64,000 nt of DNA from an uncultured cyanobacterium (GCA_963744145.1 CAVUSO010000001.1:3744001-3808000), one strand, 5' to 3'. Numbered from the stretch's first letter, positions 31,301 to 40,065 are shown. A program made the numbers and translations. Notes: a model not told the origin generated them from the sequence alone.

Positions 31301-32586
31301 TTTTGGATGGAGGTATGATAAACTCCACTAGGGGTTTTAGTTTTTAACTCACCGAGGGGAATCGGTGGATGATGGGGATGTACTGCAATTTGACCAATAA
31401 TCTGTTCGGGTTTTTGACTATCAATTGTGACTGTCACCAGTTCATTATCAATAACTTCTATAGTTTCTACTTGATCTAGGTTTTGACCAGTTATTTTGAT
31501 CGTAGTAGTTTCCCCTGGTGGGAATTCATCCGGTGTAATAGAATCAAATACTGGTGCTTTTAATTGACTGCGACGTTCTTTTTCTGTTAATACCTGTTGT
31601 AAAAATTCTTGACTAAGTTCAAAGGTTAAATTGTGATCTTGCCATTCTGTATCAAATTGATTAATAGTATCTAAGATTGATTCTTTATCTAAATCATCCC
31701 AGGAATAAAGGAAAGTGACACTTTCAGCATTGCGGGAATGAGCTGCACGGGTGAAGTTATCAGAACCATCATGTTGGATATGATTTTCTAGTTTGTCGCT
31801 GAGAATACCAGTTTTTTTATGATAGATGGCTTTTCCTGTATCCATCTTAATGAGTTTAAGTTCTAAGAATTCCAGTCTGACTAATTCTGCTAGGATTTCT
31901 GTACTGTTAAACTCTCCATCTTTTAAACCTTGGAGAAATTCTTTTAAGCTCCGTTGAATAAATTGGGCGCGATAATGAGGATCATATAATTTTTCTAATT
32001 CTTCAATATCCGCTATTTTTGTAAAACCTTGCCAATCCATTAATAAACGAATTTTTCCTTCAGTTTGAATGATTGACGCTAGGGGTTCTTCATATAATTT
32101 GAGAACACCACTATCAAAATAAGCTGTGGAACGGCGATAAATTTTAGTACGTTCTAATATTTTGCGGAAAAATGTATTATATTTATCTATTTCTTTAGGT
32201 AAATTAAATCGACGTTGGAAACTTTTTATTTCTAAAAAACTACCTGCTAATAAGGTTTTGTCTTTGGTAGAACTTTCTTTATGTAGAAATTTTTCTATAG
32301 TGGGTAATTTGCTGTTGCGGAGCAAAGTAGCACTAGGGATATCTCCTTCTTTAATGGGGATATATTGAAATAATTTGCCAGTTCTTGGATCAATCCGCAG
32401 CAGTTTATATGTTGCTTGTTGGTTACCAATTCCTAAGAATTTAACAACATTATGGAGTAAATTGTCAGCATCACGATGTTTGAAAACTAGCCAATATTGA
32501 TTATCAACACCTTTAATGGCGCTACCTTCTAGTAGGTAATAAGGGCGTTGTTTACGAACTAAATCTTGGATAAAGTTTTCTAGCAT
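28333..32586 (-). CDS. PLD-nuclease domain + Ig/IPT-like insert + SNF2-type helicase
   Basis: YRRSTAYFDSG and YHKKTGILSD..GSDNFT (PLD-like); ADAVGLGKT, IIDEAH, LTATPWNN, GQNLQ..DLPWNPMTLEQRIGRIDR (helicase motifs I-VI). Confidence 0.88.
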   Translation of the reverse strand: MLENFIQDLVRKQRPYYLLEGSAIKGVDNQYWLVFKHRDADNLLHNVVKFLGIGNQQATYKLLRIDPRTGKLFQYIPIKEGDIPSATLLRNSKLPTIEKFLHKESSTKDKTLLAGSFLEIKSFQRRFNLPKEIDKYNTFFRKILERTKIYRRSTAYFDSGVLKLYEEPLASIIQTEGKIRLLMDWQGFTKIADIEELEKLYDPHYRAQFIQRSLKEFLQGLKDGEFNSTEILAELVRLEFLELKLIKMDTGKAIYHKKTGILSDKLENHIQHDGSDNFTRAAHSRNAESVTFLYSWDDLDKESILDTINQFDTEWQDHNLTFELSQEFLQQVLTEKERRSQLKAPVFDSITPDEFPPGETTTIKITGQNLDQVETIEVIDNELVTVTIDSQKPEQIIGQIAVHPHHPPIPLGELKTKTPSGVYHTSIQKPPIVTQSEEIPDFAEIEGFKSAVEMILAGNNGTPNDFLYWLAQQRPQQFRVERSNLLDELLNQSVLFEHQKSGAQHCLRVMEDFGVAVCADAVGLGKTRLAATVARLYRQQNGQTKIAIIAAKKLHSNWERELAELGFQPKDYELYNKNLMSRKGSNFLADFNRYGGPDLVIIDEAHEGIRNYQNRIHKTCLQIQTSDRESKRQRYFLLLTATPWNNRREDIYNILTPFLSRPQGFNQLKFPPEVTQWFQNREIGVENFTDNTELFRRTYKELFLQRTRQMLREATPDLNLYAKRIAEWLPVQFEPSTEEALDQIFTQFETNLYIPFADPIRYLTSNVEQRSLLANQRRFFLQRAESSMYALSRTIKNFGYRIQQMQSRLELVSPDADGLKEFLLIHYKFESDQKDPSEKFLDDDDRESWDEDYEEEEEEENEADNQQKRQQLKRSIEITTNALQNNPHQAQEIYDRMLADCESDLQQLKEIQILLREEFIIDHKRQQVTKKVRELVNLGHKVLLISTFSDTVIDYYRYMTRDRAIAAKGMGMLIGSTKLYYPNNADQPEKVNPGQILPPKSNPTTANRQNIFRLFAPSASCKNPTERPKPEAEINVLIGSETLSVGQNLQDADYLINIDLPWNPMTLEQRIGRIDRPKQHQTEHIYIYYANSESQLLRQASRLANLHKKLVGALVPQDTKTDINLKAKIPTIASINNLGASIYGDTLFDEEILPGYVDFIQSLVKARKIEQGNLQEDAYQKQETHRDLYTQNEILHSEELSELVKKLGENYQANPITVGRRTGEPQEPTGLVALTVKYFGPNGEPITNQQQTLYWNNQTGEKDGYGIAIATSFKTPVTSNIFSIKYLLTELQSIYQELVKLKQQRSAELAQPETLENINITSERISKIQRRVNMSVFPDGLDRGIVKGTIKKLNSWKESKLVQKLLKDYTDGDKSNLDDEKFVIELVQDTNNLNLILHETTKPSSIKIYLAALLLRA

Positions 32587-32607
32587 GATTAGCTTATTTA
32601 TTTGAGA

Positions 32608-32682
32608 TTAATCATCTTGAGGATTTATCAATTCAATTTCAAAAAATAACTCGACCTTATTGCCAAACTTACCTATAATCAT
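32608..32682 (-). pseudogene. Short N-terminal remnant, probably of a clan AA aspartyl protease
   Basis: MIIGKFGNKVELFFEIELINPQDD* overlapping the upstream stop (ATGA). Confidence 0.45.
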
Positions 32683-33002
32683 ATTCGTCCGCAGGTTCCT
32701 GTTTGATTAAGCCTAAATATGGTTAGCTTAACATCTTGATTAGGATATTGATAGCGAATTTTTTTTAGTAACTCTTCTAGCTTAGGGTCAATCAAATAGT
32801 TTTCACTATCTGGTTCAATCGCAATAAACCAATCTTTATACTGTGCCATTAATTCGGAGCGAACTCGTTCAAAAATTTTTCGACAACGTTTACCAAGTTC
32901 GGTTCTTTTAGCTTTGCGTCTTGCTAGTTCTTCTGCTGGAATAGTGGATTCGGGAAATATTCTTCCTCGATGGACTTGGGGCTTACTGTATAGTTGGGTC
33001 AT
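32679..33002 (-). CDS. Conserved cyanobacterial small protein (DUF5678-like)
   Basis: RGRIFPE...WFIAIEPDS..Y.ID...FRLNQTGTCGRI. Confidence 0.65.
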   Translation of the reverse strand: MTQLYSKPQVHRGRIFPESTIPAEELARRKAKRTELGKRCRKIFERVRSELMAQYKDWFIAIEPDSENYLIDPKLEELLKKIRYQYPNQDVKLTIFRLNQTGTCGRI

Positions 33003-33016
33003 ATCAATACTAGCGG

Positions 33017-33145
33017 TTAAGGAATAGTTTGGCGGGTAGCATCAAAAAAACGCAAGGCAGCATCAGGATTATTTTGGGTAAGGTAGTTAAAGATGTCGTC
33101 TAAATCCTGGTTGGCTTTGGGGGTAATAAAAATGCGTCTGGTCAT
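33017..33145 (-). pseudogene. Truncated ParE/RelE toxin
   Basis: MTRRIFITPKANQDLDDIFNYLTQNNPDAALRFFDATRQTIP* (42 aa), 2 bp after ParD. Confidence 0.8.
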
Positions 33146-33147
33146 GT

Positions 33148-33399
33148 TTAAGATTGGGGCAGTTTTTGGCTTAATTCGGTGCGTTTATTTTGCCACCAAT
33201 CGTCAGTTATTTCAATGGGATTGCCACTGTCTAAACCTGCAATTAACATTTCTTCTAGACGCTGTTGAGCATGGTGTTTTTGGTCTTCTAAAATTAGGTG
33301 GTAGATGTATTCTTCGGTGTTGCTGTAACCACCTCGCGTAACTTGTTGGTGAATGAATTGGTGTAAGGATTCGGGTAAGGAAATTTGGAATTGAGTCAT
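33148..33399 (-). CDS. ParD-family (RHH) antitoxin
   Basis: ISLPESLHQFI..QV..GGYSN.EEYI..LI..DQ...L...GLDSG. Confidence 0.85.
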   Translation of the reverse strand: MTQFQISLPESLHQFIHQQVTRGGYSNTEEYIYHLILEDQKHHAQQRLEEMLIAGLDSGNPIEITDDWWQNKRTELSQKLPQS

Positions 33400-33608
33400 A
33401 CTAGCTAGGGTTTTATACAGATGGGGTTAATTCAATTGTACATCTCGTTTTTGTTGGATTGAAAAATCAACACACCAACAGGTTGATCATCAATGGTTTT
33501 AGGCCAAGAAACGTTAGCCATAAGGTCGTTGGTTAAGTTGGTTATAGCACAATACAGTTCAGTTATACCAATTTCATAAATTAGCACTACAGAAGATTGT
33601 CCGGATTT

Positions 33609-33870
33609 GTAGGGGCAAAGCATTTCGGCAGATCCGCGATCGGCTTAACGAAAAAAATTCTGACCGAAATGCTTTGCCCAAGTATTTCGGCAGTAAAGCG
33701 CGATCGGCTTAACGAAGAAAATTCTGACCGAAATGCTTTGCCCAAGTATTTCGGCAGTAAAGCGCGATCGGCTTAACGAAAAAAATTCTGACCGAAATGC
33801 TTTGCCCAAGTATTTCGGCAGTAAAGCGCGATCGGCTTAACGAAGAAAATTCTGACCGAAATGCTTTGCC
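33609..33870. repeat. Four tandem copies of a 64-bp REP-like hairpin unit
   Basis: tgaccgaaatgctttgcc recurs at 33661, 33725, 33789, 33853; first unit starts gtaggggcaaagcatttcgg. Confidence 0.95.
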
Positions 33871-33880
33871 GATCGCGTCC

Positions 33881-34013
33881 TAATACGGTTCGTTTAAGGA
33901 TATTTTGGGAGATATCGACGAAAAAGGGTGAAGCATTCGGGTATAATATTACCCGTTTGAACGTTCAATTATCGCCCGAATGCTTCACCCCTACAATTAA
34001 CCGAACCGTATTG
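33881..34013. mobile_element. 133-bp MITE (AATACGGTTC termini), copy 1
   Basis: taatacggttcgtttaa...ttaaccgaaccgtattg; 10-bp flanks gatcgcgtcc / gatcgcatcc. Confidence 0.8.
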
Positions 34014-34062
34014 GATCGCATCCTTTTCACTGGCTGATATTGAAAGTTTTTTATTGAATGGA

Positions 34063-37000
34063 TCACTCTGGAATAGCTTCATCAATTAACTGCATTAATT
34101 TTATCGTCTCTTTGAGTGCAACAACTATACGCTGATAATGTTGGATATCTTCAGGGGTAAGAGTGCGTCCTTTACGATCCTTCAGCCATTTTTGACAAAC
34201 TTGATAACCCCCGACATAAAAGTTCCATACTTCTTCAGGTACTCCAGTAAATTTGTCTCCTTTTTTGTTAATTTTGACGCTGTTTTGCTCATATTTTGGA
34301 TGTCCTGGGTCAACTACGCGATCGCCCCCAGTTTCGATAAAATTGGTAATCAGTGTGTCAAGTTTAGGAGATTTCATTAAGTGTAGAGCAACTAGTTCTT
34401 CACCATAGGTGGAAAGCTGACAAAATAGTTTATTGTTGCTGGTAAGAGGAACACGAGGAAAGTCTATTTTTAGAAATTCGGCATAGCGAGTACGATAGGT
34501 TGGAGAATGAAAAACAGCATAGATATAGTAAAAAATTGCTTCTGCTGTGGGTAAATAGCCTAGCTTGTTAGTTATTGCTATGAGAAATTCTTCAGAGAAG
34601 TTAGAGCGGCGTTGTTCTTGTAATTCTTGAGGTTTATCTATATCGGGATAAATATAAAGAGGAATTGTAAAACCACGTTCACGAGTTTTATTTGAAACAT
34701 AACAATCATCTGCAACGTAATTTGTCACTAACGTATGTTGCCATGAATCGCTAATAACTTGTCTACAAATATGAAAACCAATATTAGTTTCTATTTCCAT
34801 ATGACGCATCACTTCTTTTCTTGGATATTCTGCAATATCTTCATGATGATAATATGATCTAGAATCAAATGGACGATAAGAAGATTTAATAAGATAATCT
34901 ATCCATTCAGTACGAGAACTTAGTTCTTTTCTCTTTTGACTTAATTTCCAATCGCGGGTATCTTCCAATCCATATTTTTCTCGTATAACTTCATCCGAGA
35001 TATTTGTATCTCTAAATTCCTCAATTCTTTTAAAAAGAGAAGTATAGTCAAAATCGTAGGCAAAATGATCACGATGAGTTTTAATTCCTGTTGCATTGAC
35101 TGGCATTAAATTAGTTATTTTCCATCCTTTTGAATACTCTGGTAAAAGCTCATTGTTTTGAGGAATAAAAAGAGAAAAAGGTTTTTGTGGTAAAAGGTTT
35201 GTCCAGTCTGTAGATGTAGGTAAAACATTATGGTTTAGTAGCCACTCATATTTAGAGCCTCTTGTACCGTATAAATGCGCGTGGTTGATTTCAGATGCTA
35301 TTGGATTTTCATCCTTTACCATAATACAAACCGCTACACCCTGCTGAATATCAAATACATTCTCATCCTTTGCTCTATCTAATGCTGTTTCTTTTTTCTT
35401 AGAATTTCCATGTAAATCAAGTACATGAATGCAGTTAAAACTTTTGGCTAAACTCTGTCGCATTCCCCGAAATGTAGGATTATCTAGATAACCGTGATTG
35501 GTTACAAAAGAAAGGATTCCTTTACCTGTTTTATCAATACGCCACTGTGAAAAGCGAATAAACTTAACATAGTCATCTAATAAAAGCTTAGGATTCTGCT
35601 CTTTTATCTCATCTTTAGGATAATAGCTATTTCGCACTAAATTTGTAGCCCATTCACTATTGTTTGCTGAATTTACCGAATAAGGAGGATTACCAATTAC
35701 TACCATTACAGGTATATCTAACTTTACACTTACTGCTGCGTCAGATTCCTCAGCAATAAATTCCTTAAATAATGTTTCCGATCGCCGTTTGGCATCATCT
35801 AGTGTATTAGTTAAATAAACGCCCAACCTTTGACCACTATCAAACAGATATCCTGTCTCTTCCAAAAATAATCCTAATTTAAGATGAGCGATCGCATAGG
35901 GAGCCATCAACAACTCAAACCCAAAAATCCTCGGTAATAACCTCTCCTTCACATATCCAGACCAAGACTTATCCTCTAAACCTTCAGTCAGAGCATCTGA
36001 TGACTCTTGAAAACGTTGATAAATTAATTGACAAATCCATAATAAAAACGTCCCTGTCCCACAAGCAGGATCAAGAATCATCACCTCTGGATCTGCTAAA
36101 CCCAAAGGTTTATTAAACTTCTCCTTGACTAAAATATCTACAGAACGAACCATATAAGAAACAACTGGTTCCGGTGTATAATAAACCCCCCGACGTTCTC
36201 GCATCTGTGGTTTATATGCTGCTAGAAAATCTTCATAGAACCGAATCACAATATCTTCCCGGTTCATTTTCATCTCAAAATCTGACAAAATTGCATCCAT
36301 CTTAGCAACACGGAGAATTCTAAAAATCTCCGCGATCGCACCAATCAAATCATCCCCCAATTCCTCAGCTTTACGTTCCGAGACATCCTTAAACAACTTC
36401 CGCAAAAAAGGGTTAGTTTCTGGTAACTGTTCCCAAGCTTTTTCTCGATTAAAATGAGTAGGTTTACTAATCCGTCCTTCTCGTTTATCCTTGACATAAC
36501 TAAATACCCTAGCTGTAAATAAAGCATAGGCAATAGTTTGGGCATAAATATCAGCAAAACTGTAATCTTTCTCATTATCTGCACTTAACTTTAAAGCAGG
36601 TAATAATTCCCTTTGAAAACTCTTAAGTAAATGGTGCAAATATCCATCTTCTTGCTCTTGTTTATAGACAACAGGAATAACTTGCTCAATATTACGAGCT
36701 GCTTTTGCTAACAATTGTGCTAATTCCTGAGCAGTTTTAATTGGTTCGTAAAATACCCACTCGACCAAAGGAACAGAAGTTAACCCCATCGTCGCGATCG
36801 GTAACTCATCTTGTCTAAGACGGTTTAAACGTGCTACCAATTGGGCATCATTTCTAGCAAAAGTTTGAATTTGCTTTGCTCGTAATCCTCCCTCACTAGG
36901 AAGAATTAAAGGTACTGTTCCAGTCACTGCTTGATTTGGTAACAGCAAATATATTACTGGTTGATCTTCTAAGATCCGATTTGTCCAATGTCCATATATT

Positions 37001-37263
37001 TCCTGTTGCTGTTCTTTTGCGCTCAAAAAACTTTTAGCTTCTGTGGGTGTTAAATCAGCAAGTTCATCATAAAAACCCACTGCAATTGGACAAGTTTCTC
37101 TAGCTTCATCTGCATTAGATCCTGGACGCAAATACCAAAACCTTGACCCGACCGGATCACGTTCTTTCACTGCATATCCCAACAGTTGTCGTAATGCTTC
37201 AATATAGCTATTTTCATCCTGATTTTGCATTACAGTTTGCAACTGTTCCTGAGTGAAAGCCAT
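34063..37263 (-). CDS. N6-adenine DNA methyltransferase with type ISP/IIG-like specificity C-terminus
   Basis: GVYYTPEPVV, LDPACGTGTF, GNPPY, YRPFD, YYIYAVFHSPTYRTRYAEFLKIDFPRVP. Confidence 0.92.
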   Translation of the reverse strand: MAFTQEQLQTVMQNQDENSYIEALRQLLGYAVKERDPVGSRFWYLRPGSNADEARETCPIAVGFYDELADLTPTEAKSFLSAKEQQQEIYGHWTNRILEDQPVIYLLLPNQAVTGTVPLILPSEGGLRAKQIQTFARNDAQLVARLNRLRQDELPIATMGLTSVPLVEWVFYEPIKTAQELAQLLAKAARNIEQVIPVVYKQEQEDGYLHHLLKSFQRELLPALKLSADNEKDYSFADIYAQTIAYALFTARVFSYVKDKREGRISKPTHFNREKAWEQLPETNPFLRKLFKDVSERKAEELGDDLIGAIAEIFRILRVAKMDAILSDFEMKMNREDIVIRFYEDFLAAYKPQMRERRGVYYTPEPVVSYMVRSVDILVKEKFNKPLGLADPEVMILDPACGTGTFLLWICQLIYQRFQESSDALTEGLEDKSWSGYVKERLLPRIFGFELLMAPYAIAHLKLGLFLEETGYLFDSGQRLGVYLTNTLDDAKRRSETLFKEFIAEESDAAVSVKLDIPVMVVIGNPPYSVNSANNSEWATNLVRNSYYPKDEIKEQNPKLLLDDYVKFIRFSQWRIDKTGKGILSFVTNHGYLDNPTFRGMRQSLAKSFNCIHVLDLHGNSKKKETALDRAKDENVFDIQQGVAVCIMVKDENPIASEINHAHLYGTRGSKYEWLLNHNVLPTSTDWTNLLPQKPFSLFIPQNNELLPEYSKGWKITNLMPVNATGIKTHRDHFAYDFDYTSLFKRIEEFRDTNISDEVIREKYGLEDTRDWKLSQKRKELSSRTEWIDYLIKSSYRPFDSRSYYHHEDIAEYPRKEVMRHMEIETNIGFHICRQVISDSWQHTLVTNYVADDCYVSNKTRERGFTIPLYIYPDIDKPQELQEQRRSNFSEEFLIAITNKLGYLPTAEAIFYYIYAVFHSPTYRTRYAEFLKIDFPRVPLTSNNKLFCQLSTYGEELVALHLMKSPKLDTLITNFIETGGDRVVDPGHPKYEQNSVKINKKGDKFTGVPEEVWNFYVGGYQVCQKWLKDRKGRTLTPEDIQHYQRIVVALKETIKLMQLIDEAIPE

Positions 37264-37365
37264 TTCTACCTCTGATCAATAAACTATATTCGGTGATTTT
37301 AACTAGCTTTAATGCCAAGCGCGATCGGTATATTTGGGGCTCAGTTTCCTAACTGAGTCATAAAG

Positions 37366-37503
37366 CAATACGGTTCAGTTAAGAATTTTTTTTTGGAGAT
37401 CTCGGCGAAGAACCGGGCGAAGCATTCGGATCTAAAATTAACTGGTTTAAGTGATAAATTATCGCCCGAATGCTTCGCCCCTACAATTAACTGAACTATA
37501 TTG
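37366..37503. mobile_element. 138-bp MITE (AATACGGTTC termini), copy 2
   Basis: caatacggttcagttaa...ttaactgaactatattg; shares the aattatcgcccgaatgcttc.cccctacaattaac core with copy 1. Confidence 0.8.
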
Positions 37504-37639
37504 TGTCATAGATGGTTAGTCCTGGCTAACAGTCTGTCCCACAACCAAAAAAAGATATCCCTAGTCTGAAGATGCAGTTTTCCACTCCGATCCTGATAAG
37601 CTGATACCTAAAATCCAATTGCTTAAAGCTCTACATTTT

Positions 37640-38269
37640 ATGGAATGGCACATAACCGATGCCCAAAGTCTGGCAATTATCGATAGTGAAATTGGCGAAC
37701 ACGCATTTTCACCAGCAGAATATGAACTGGTGCGTCGAGTTATATATACTACTGCTGATTATGAATTCAAATCTCTCATTCGCTTTTCTGAGCAAGCACT
37801 ACAAGCTGGAGCCGCAGCTTTAGCCGCAAGGACTACTATTGTAGTTGATGTACCAATGGTTCAAGTTGGGATTGCCCCTAATATCCAAATCTCCTTTGCT
37901 AATCCTGTATATTGCAGCATGGAAGCACTGACTAGACCTCAAAAAGAAAAAAGTCGGGCTGCTTGGGGGATTGAAACTCTAGCGAAACGCTATCCAGAAG
38001 GGATTTTTGTGGTAGGTCAAAACCATACTGCATTAACAGCTTTAGTCGATTTAATCGAAGCTGACGAAATTAGACCAGCACTCGTCATTGGTACACCATC
38101 AGGTTTTGTCGATGTAGATGTGGCTAAAACTCGGTTGGCGGACTCCTTGGTTCCCCATATTCGGATCGAAGGTCGCAAAGGTAGTCCGGTGGTAGCAGTA
38201 GCGATCGTCAATGGTTTGGTAGACTTAGCATGGCAAGCATACGGACAAGAACGCACTGGTATCGGTTAG
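37640..38269 (+). CDS. cobH: Precorrin-8X methylmutase (CobH/CbiC family)
   Basis: VRRVIYTTAD, VVDVPMVQVGI, LVIGTPSGFV, GRKGSPVVAVAIVNGL. Confidence 0.85.
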   Translation: MEWHITDAQSLAIIDSEIGEHAFSPAEYELVRRVIYTTADYEFKSLIRFSEQALQAGAAALAARTTIVVDVPMVQVGIAPNIQISFANPVYCSMEALTRPQKEKSRAAWGIETLAKRYPEGIFVVGQNHTALTALVDLIEADEIRPALVIGTPSGFVDVDVAKTRLADSLVPHIRIEGRKGSPVVAVAIVNGLVDLAWQAYGQERTGIG

Positions 38270-38270
38270 T

Positions 38271-38966
38271 TTAGCGCACTTTTTTTTTCCGCATCGGTTT
38301 TCTTTTTTGTTCACCTTGAGCAGATTGCAACTCACGACTGACTTGGATAAACACATTTCTCGCTAAATAAGGATAGTCACTGATCCAGAGATTACGACTG
38401 GGAATATAAATATCTGATATTTTGGCAAAACGACCTAAATCAGGCTGATTTGACATCACGATCATTTGGGCAATTTGTCCGGGAGCAACTAACTGGTGTT
38501 CACGACGTAAAGGTACTTGAAACTCACTGGAAAATCCGGTTTTATCTCCGATTTCTAAATTGAGTTTTCGTTCTCGATTTTCGACAATTACTAATTCTCC
38601 TTCAGTGTTCACGGTTTCTTCTGTACTAATGAGTTCTTCGGTAATAAAAGCATCTAAAATCTTTCCTTGCCAAAAACCGCTATAAGGATATTGGCGATAT
38701 TTAGCATTGCGACGACTCGCTAAGTAAACTGGACCCCACAGCCAATAGAGAGCCACAATCAGTTCTAATAAAAATCTGATTGGTCCAGTTTCGTCACTTT
38801 GGAATATAAATAAACCTCCAAAATAAAGCACGATGACGCTAACGATCGAAATTAGTAACCGATATAAGAAATCAGCAAATTTACCCCAGCAATATATGTA
38901 TTGTGGACCGGTCGCAAATCTGGGGATAAGTTCTTCAAATTTTTTCCGATTTAAGGGAATTAGCAT
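38271..38966 (-). CDS. Conserved cyanobacterial membrane protein
   Basis: MLIPLNRKKFEELIP, YWLWGPV, LVIVENRERK, WISDYPYL; two TM helices. Confidence 0.75.
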   Translation of the reverse strand: MLIPLNRKKFEELIPRFATGPQYIYCWGKFADFLYRLLISIVSVIVLYFGGLFIFQSDETGPIRFLLELIVALYWLWGPVYLASRRNAKYRQYPYSGFWQGKILDAFITEELISTEETVNTEGELVIVENRERKLNLEIGDKTGFSSEFQVPLRREHQLVAPGQIAQMIVMSNQPDLGRFAKISDIYIPSRNLWISDYPYLARNVFIQVSRELQSAQGEQKRKPMRKKKVR

Positions 38967-39029
38967 AAGATGTTTTATTTGTCAAGTTCCTAGATGAGGA
39001 TTGGTCATCACCATCTAGTAATTAATCAA

Positions 39030-39857
39030 CTACAGGATTTTTTCTAATCCATAAATGAAAGTTTTGAGTTCAAGCACTTTACGAATCGCTAATAGCACTC
39101 CTGGCATATAGCAAGAACGATCGGAGGTATCATGTCGCAAAGTATAAATTTCTCCAGGTGCCCCAAAAATCACTTCTTGGTGGGCAATCAACCCAGGTAA
39201 GCGCACACTATGAATCCGAATGCCATCATCTGCTAAACTACCTCTAGCACCAGGGAGTTTTTCTGTTTCTGCTACCAACGGTAGATTATAGGTTTTACCG
39301 ATTTCTGCCAACAGTTGGGCAGTTTTGATTGCTGTCCCGCTAGGAGCATCTGCTTTTTGATTGTGGTGGAGTTCAATAATTTCCACATGGTCAAAGTAGC
39401 GCGAGGCTTGGATGGCTGCTTGTTGCAACAAAACCATACCAATGGAAAAATTAGGAATTAGCAAGCAACCAGTGCTAGCTTTATCCGCAAATTCAGCCAG
39501 TTCTTCAATTTGTGCTTGGCTCAGTCCAGTAGTACCAATTACTGGTCTAATCCCGTAAGCGATCGCTGCACGTACATTATTGTATACCGATTCAGGATGA
39601 GTAAAATCAACCATGACACTTAGCTGCTTTGCTTGAGCTGCAAAGGCTAAGGTTGATTCTAATTCATTAGTAACGGGAATTTCTAATTGGCCACATCCTA
39701 CTAATTCGCCAATATCTTGACCAAGATGTTCTGGATTACGATCTATTGCTCCTACCAGAGTCAGATCCGTAGCTCCAGCTACAGCCTTAACTACCTCGCG
39801 GCCCATTTTGCCGACAGCACCATTAACAATTACGGGAATGGGAAGATTTTGGATCAT
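39030..39857 (-). CDS. dapB: 4-hydroxy-tetrahydrodipicolinate reductase
   Basis: [33 protein letters not shown]. Confidence 0.97.
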   Translation of the reverse strand: MIQNLPIPVIVNGAVGKMGREVVKAVAGATDLTLVGAIDRNPEHLGQDIGELVGCGQLEIPVTNELESTLAFAAQAKQLSVMVDFTHPESVYNNVRAAIAYGIRPVIGTTGLSQAQIEELAEFADKASTGCLLIPNFSIGMVLLQQAAIQASRYFDHVEIIELHHNQKADAPSGTAIKTAQLLAEIGKTYNLPLVAETEKLPGARGSLADDGIRIHSVRLPGLIAHQEVIFGAPGEIYTLRHDTSDRSCYMPGVLLAIRKVLELKTFIYGLEKIL

Positions 39858-40065
39858 CGCTCACTACGTGCTTGCTCCTCTGGCCGATTTTTGGCAAGCG
39901 AGAAAACACGCCCTCCTAACTAATTTTAATTTTTGGGATAAATTGGACGAGAAGCTAGGGTTTTACCTAGAACTCATGATTAATTAACCCTACTTTACCA
40001 TCAGTGTTACCTCACCAATATTGTTGTGATTAAGATCAGAAGTTTTAGAATAGTGATCAACTCCA

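Noticed and set aside
33432..33623. 63-aa ORF
   Set aside because: Its 5' part runs through a MITE end and REP sequence; no recognisable protein
33609..33870. CRISPR array
   Set aside because: Units are identical end to end with no unique spacers, and no cas genes are present
28333..37263. Canonical DISARM or BREX system
   Set aside because: No DrmA/DUF1998, PglZ or BrxC-like genes recognised in the window
33881..37503. Composite transposon carrying the MTase
   Set aside because: Each MITE has its own flanking 10-bp repeat and the outer flanks do not match each other
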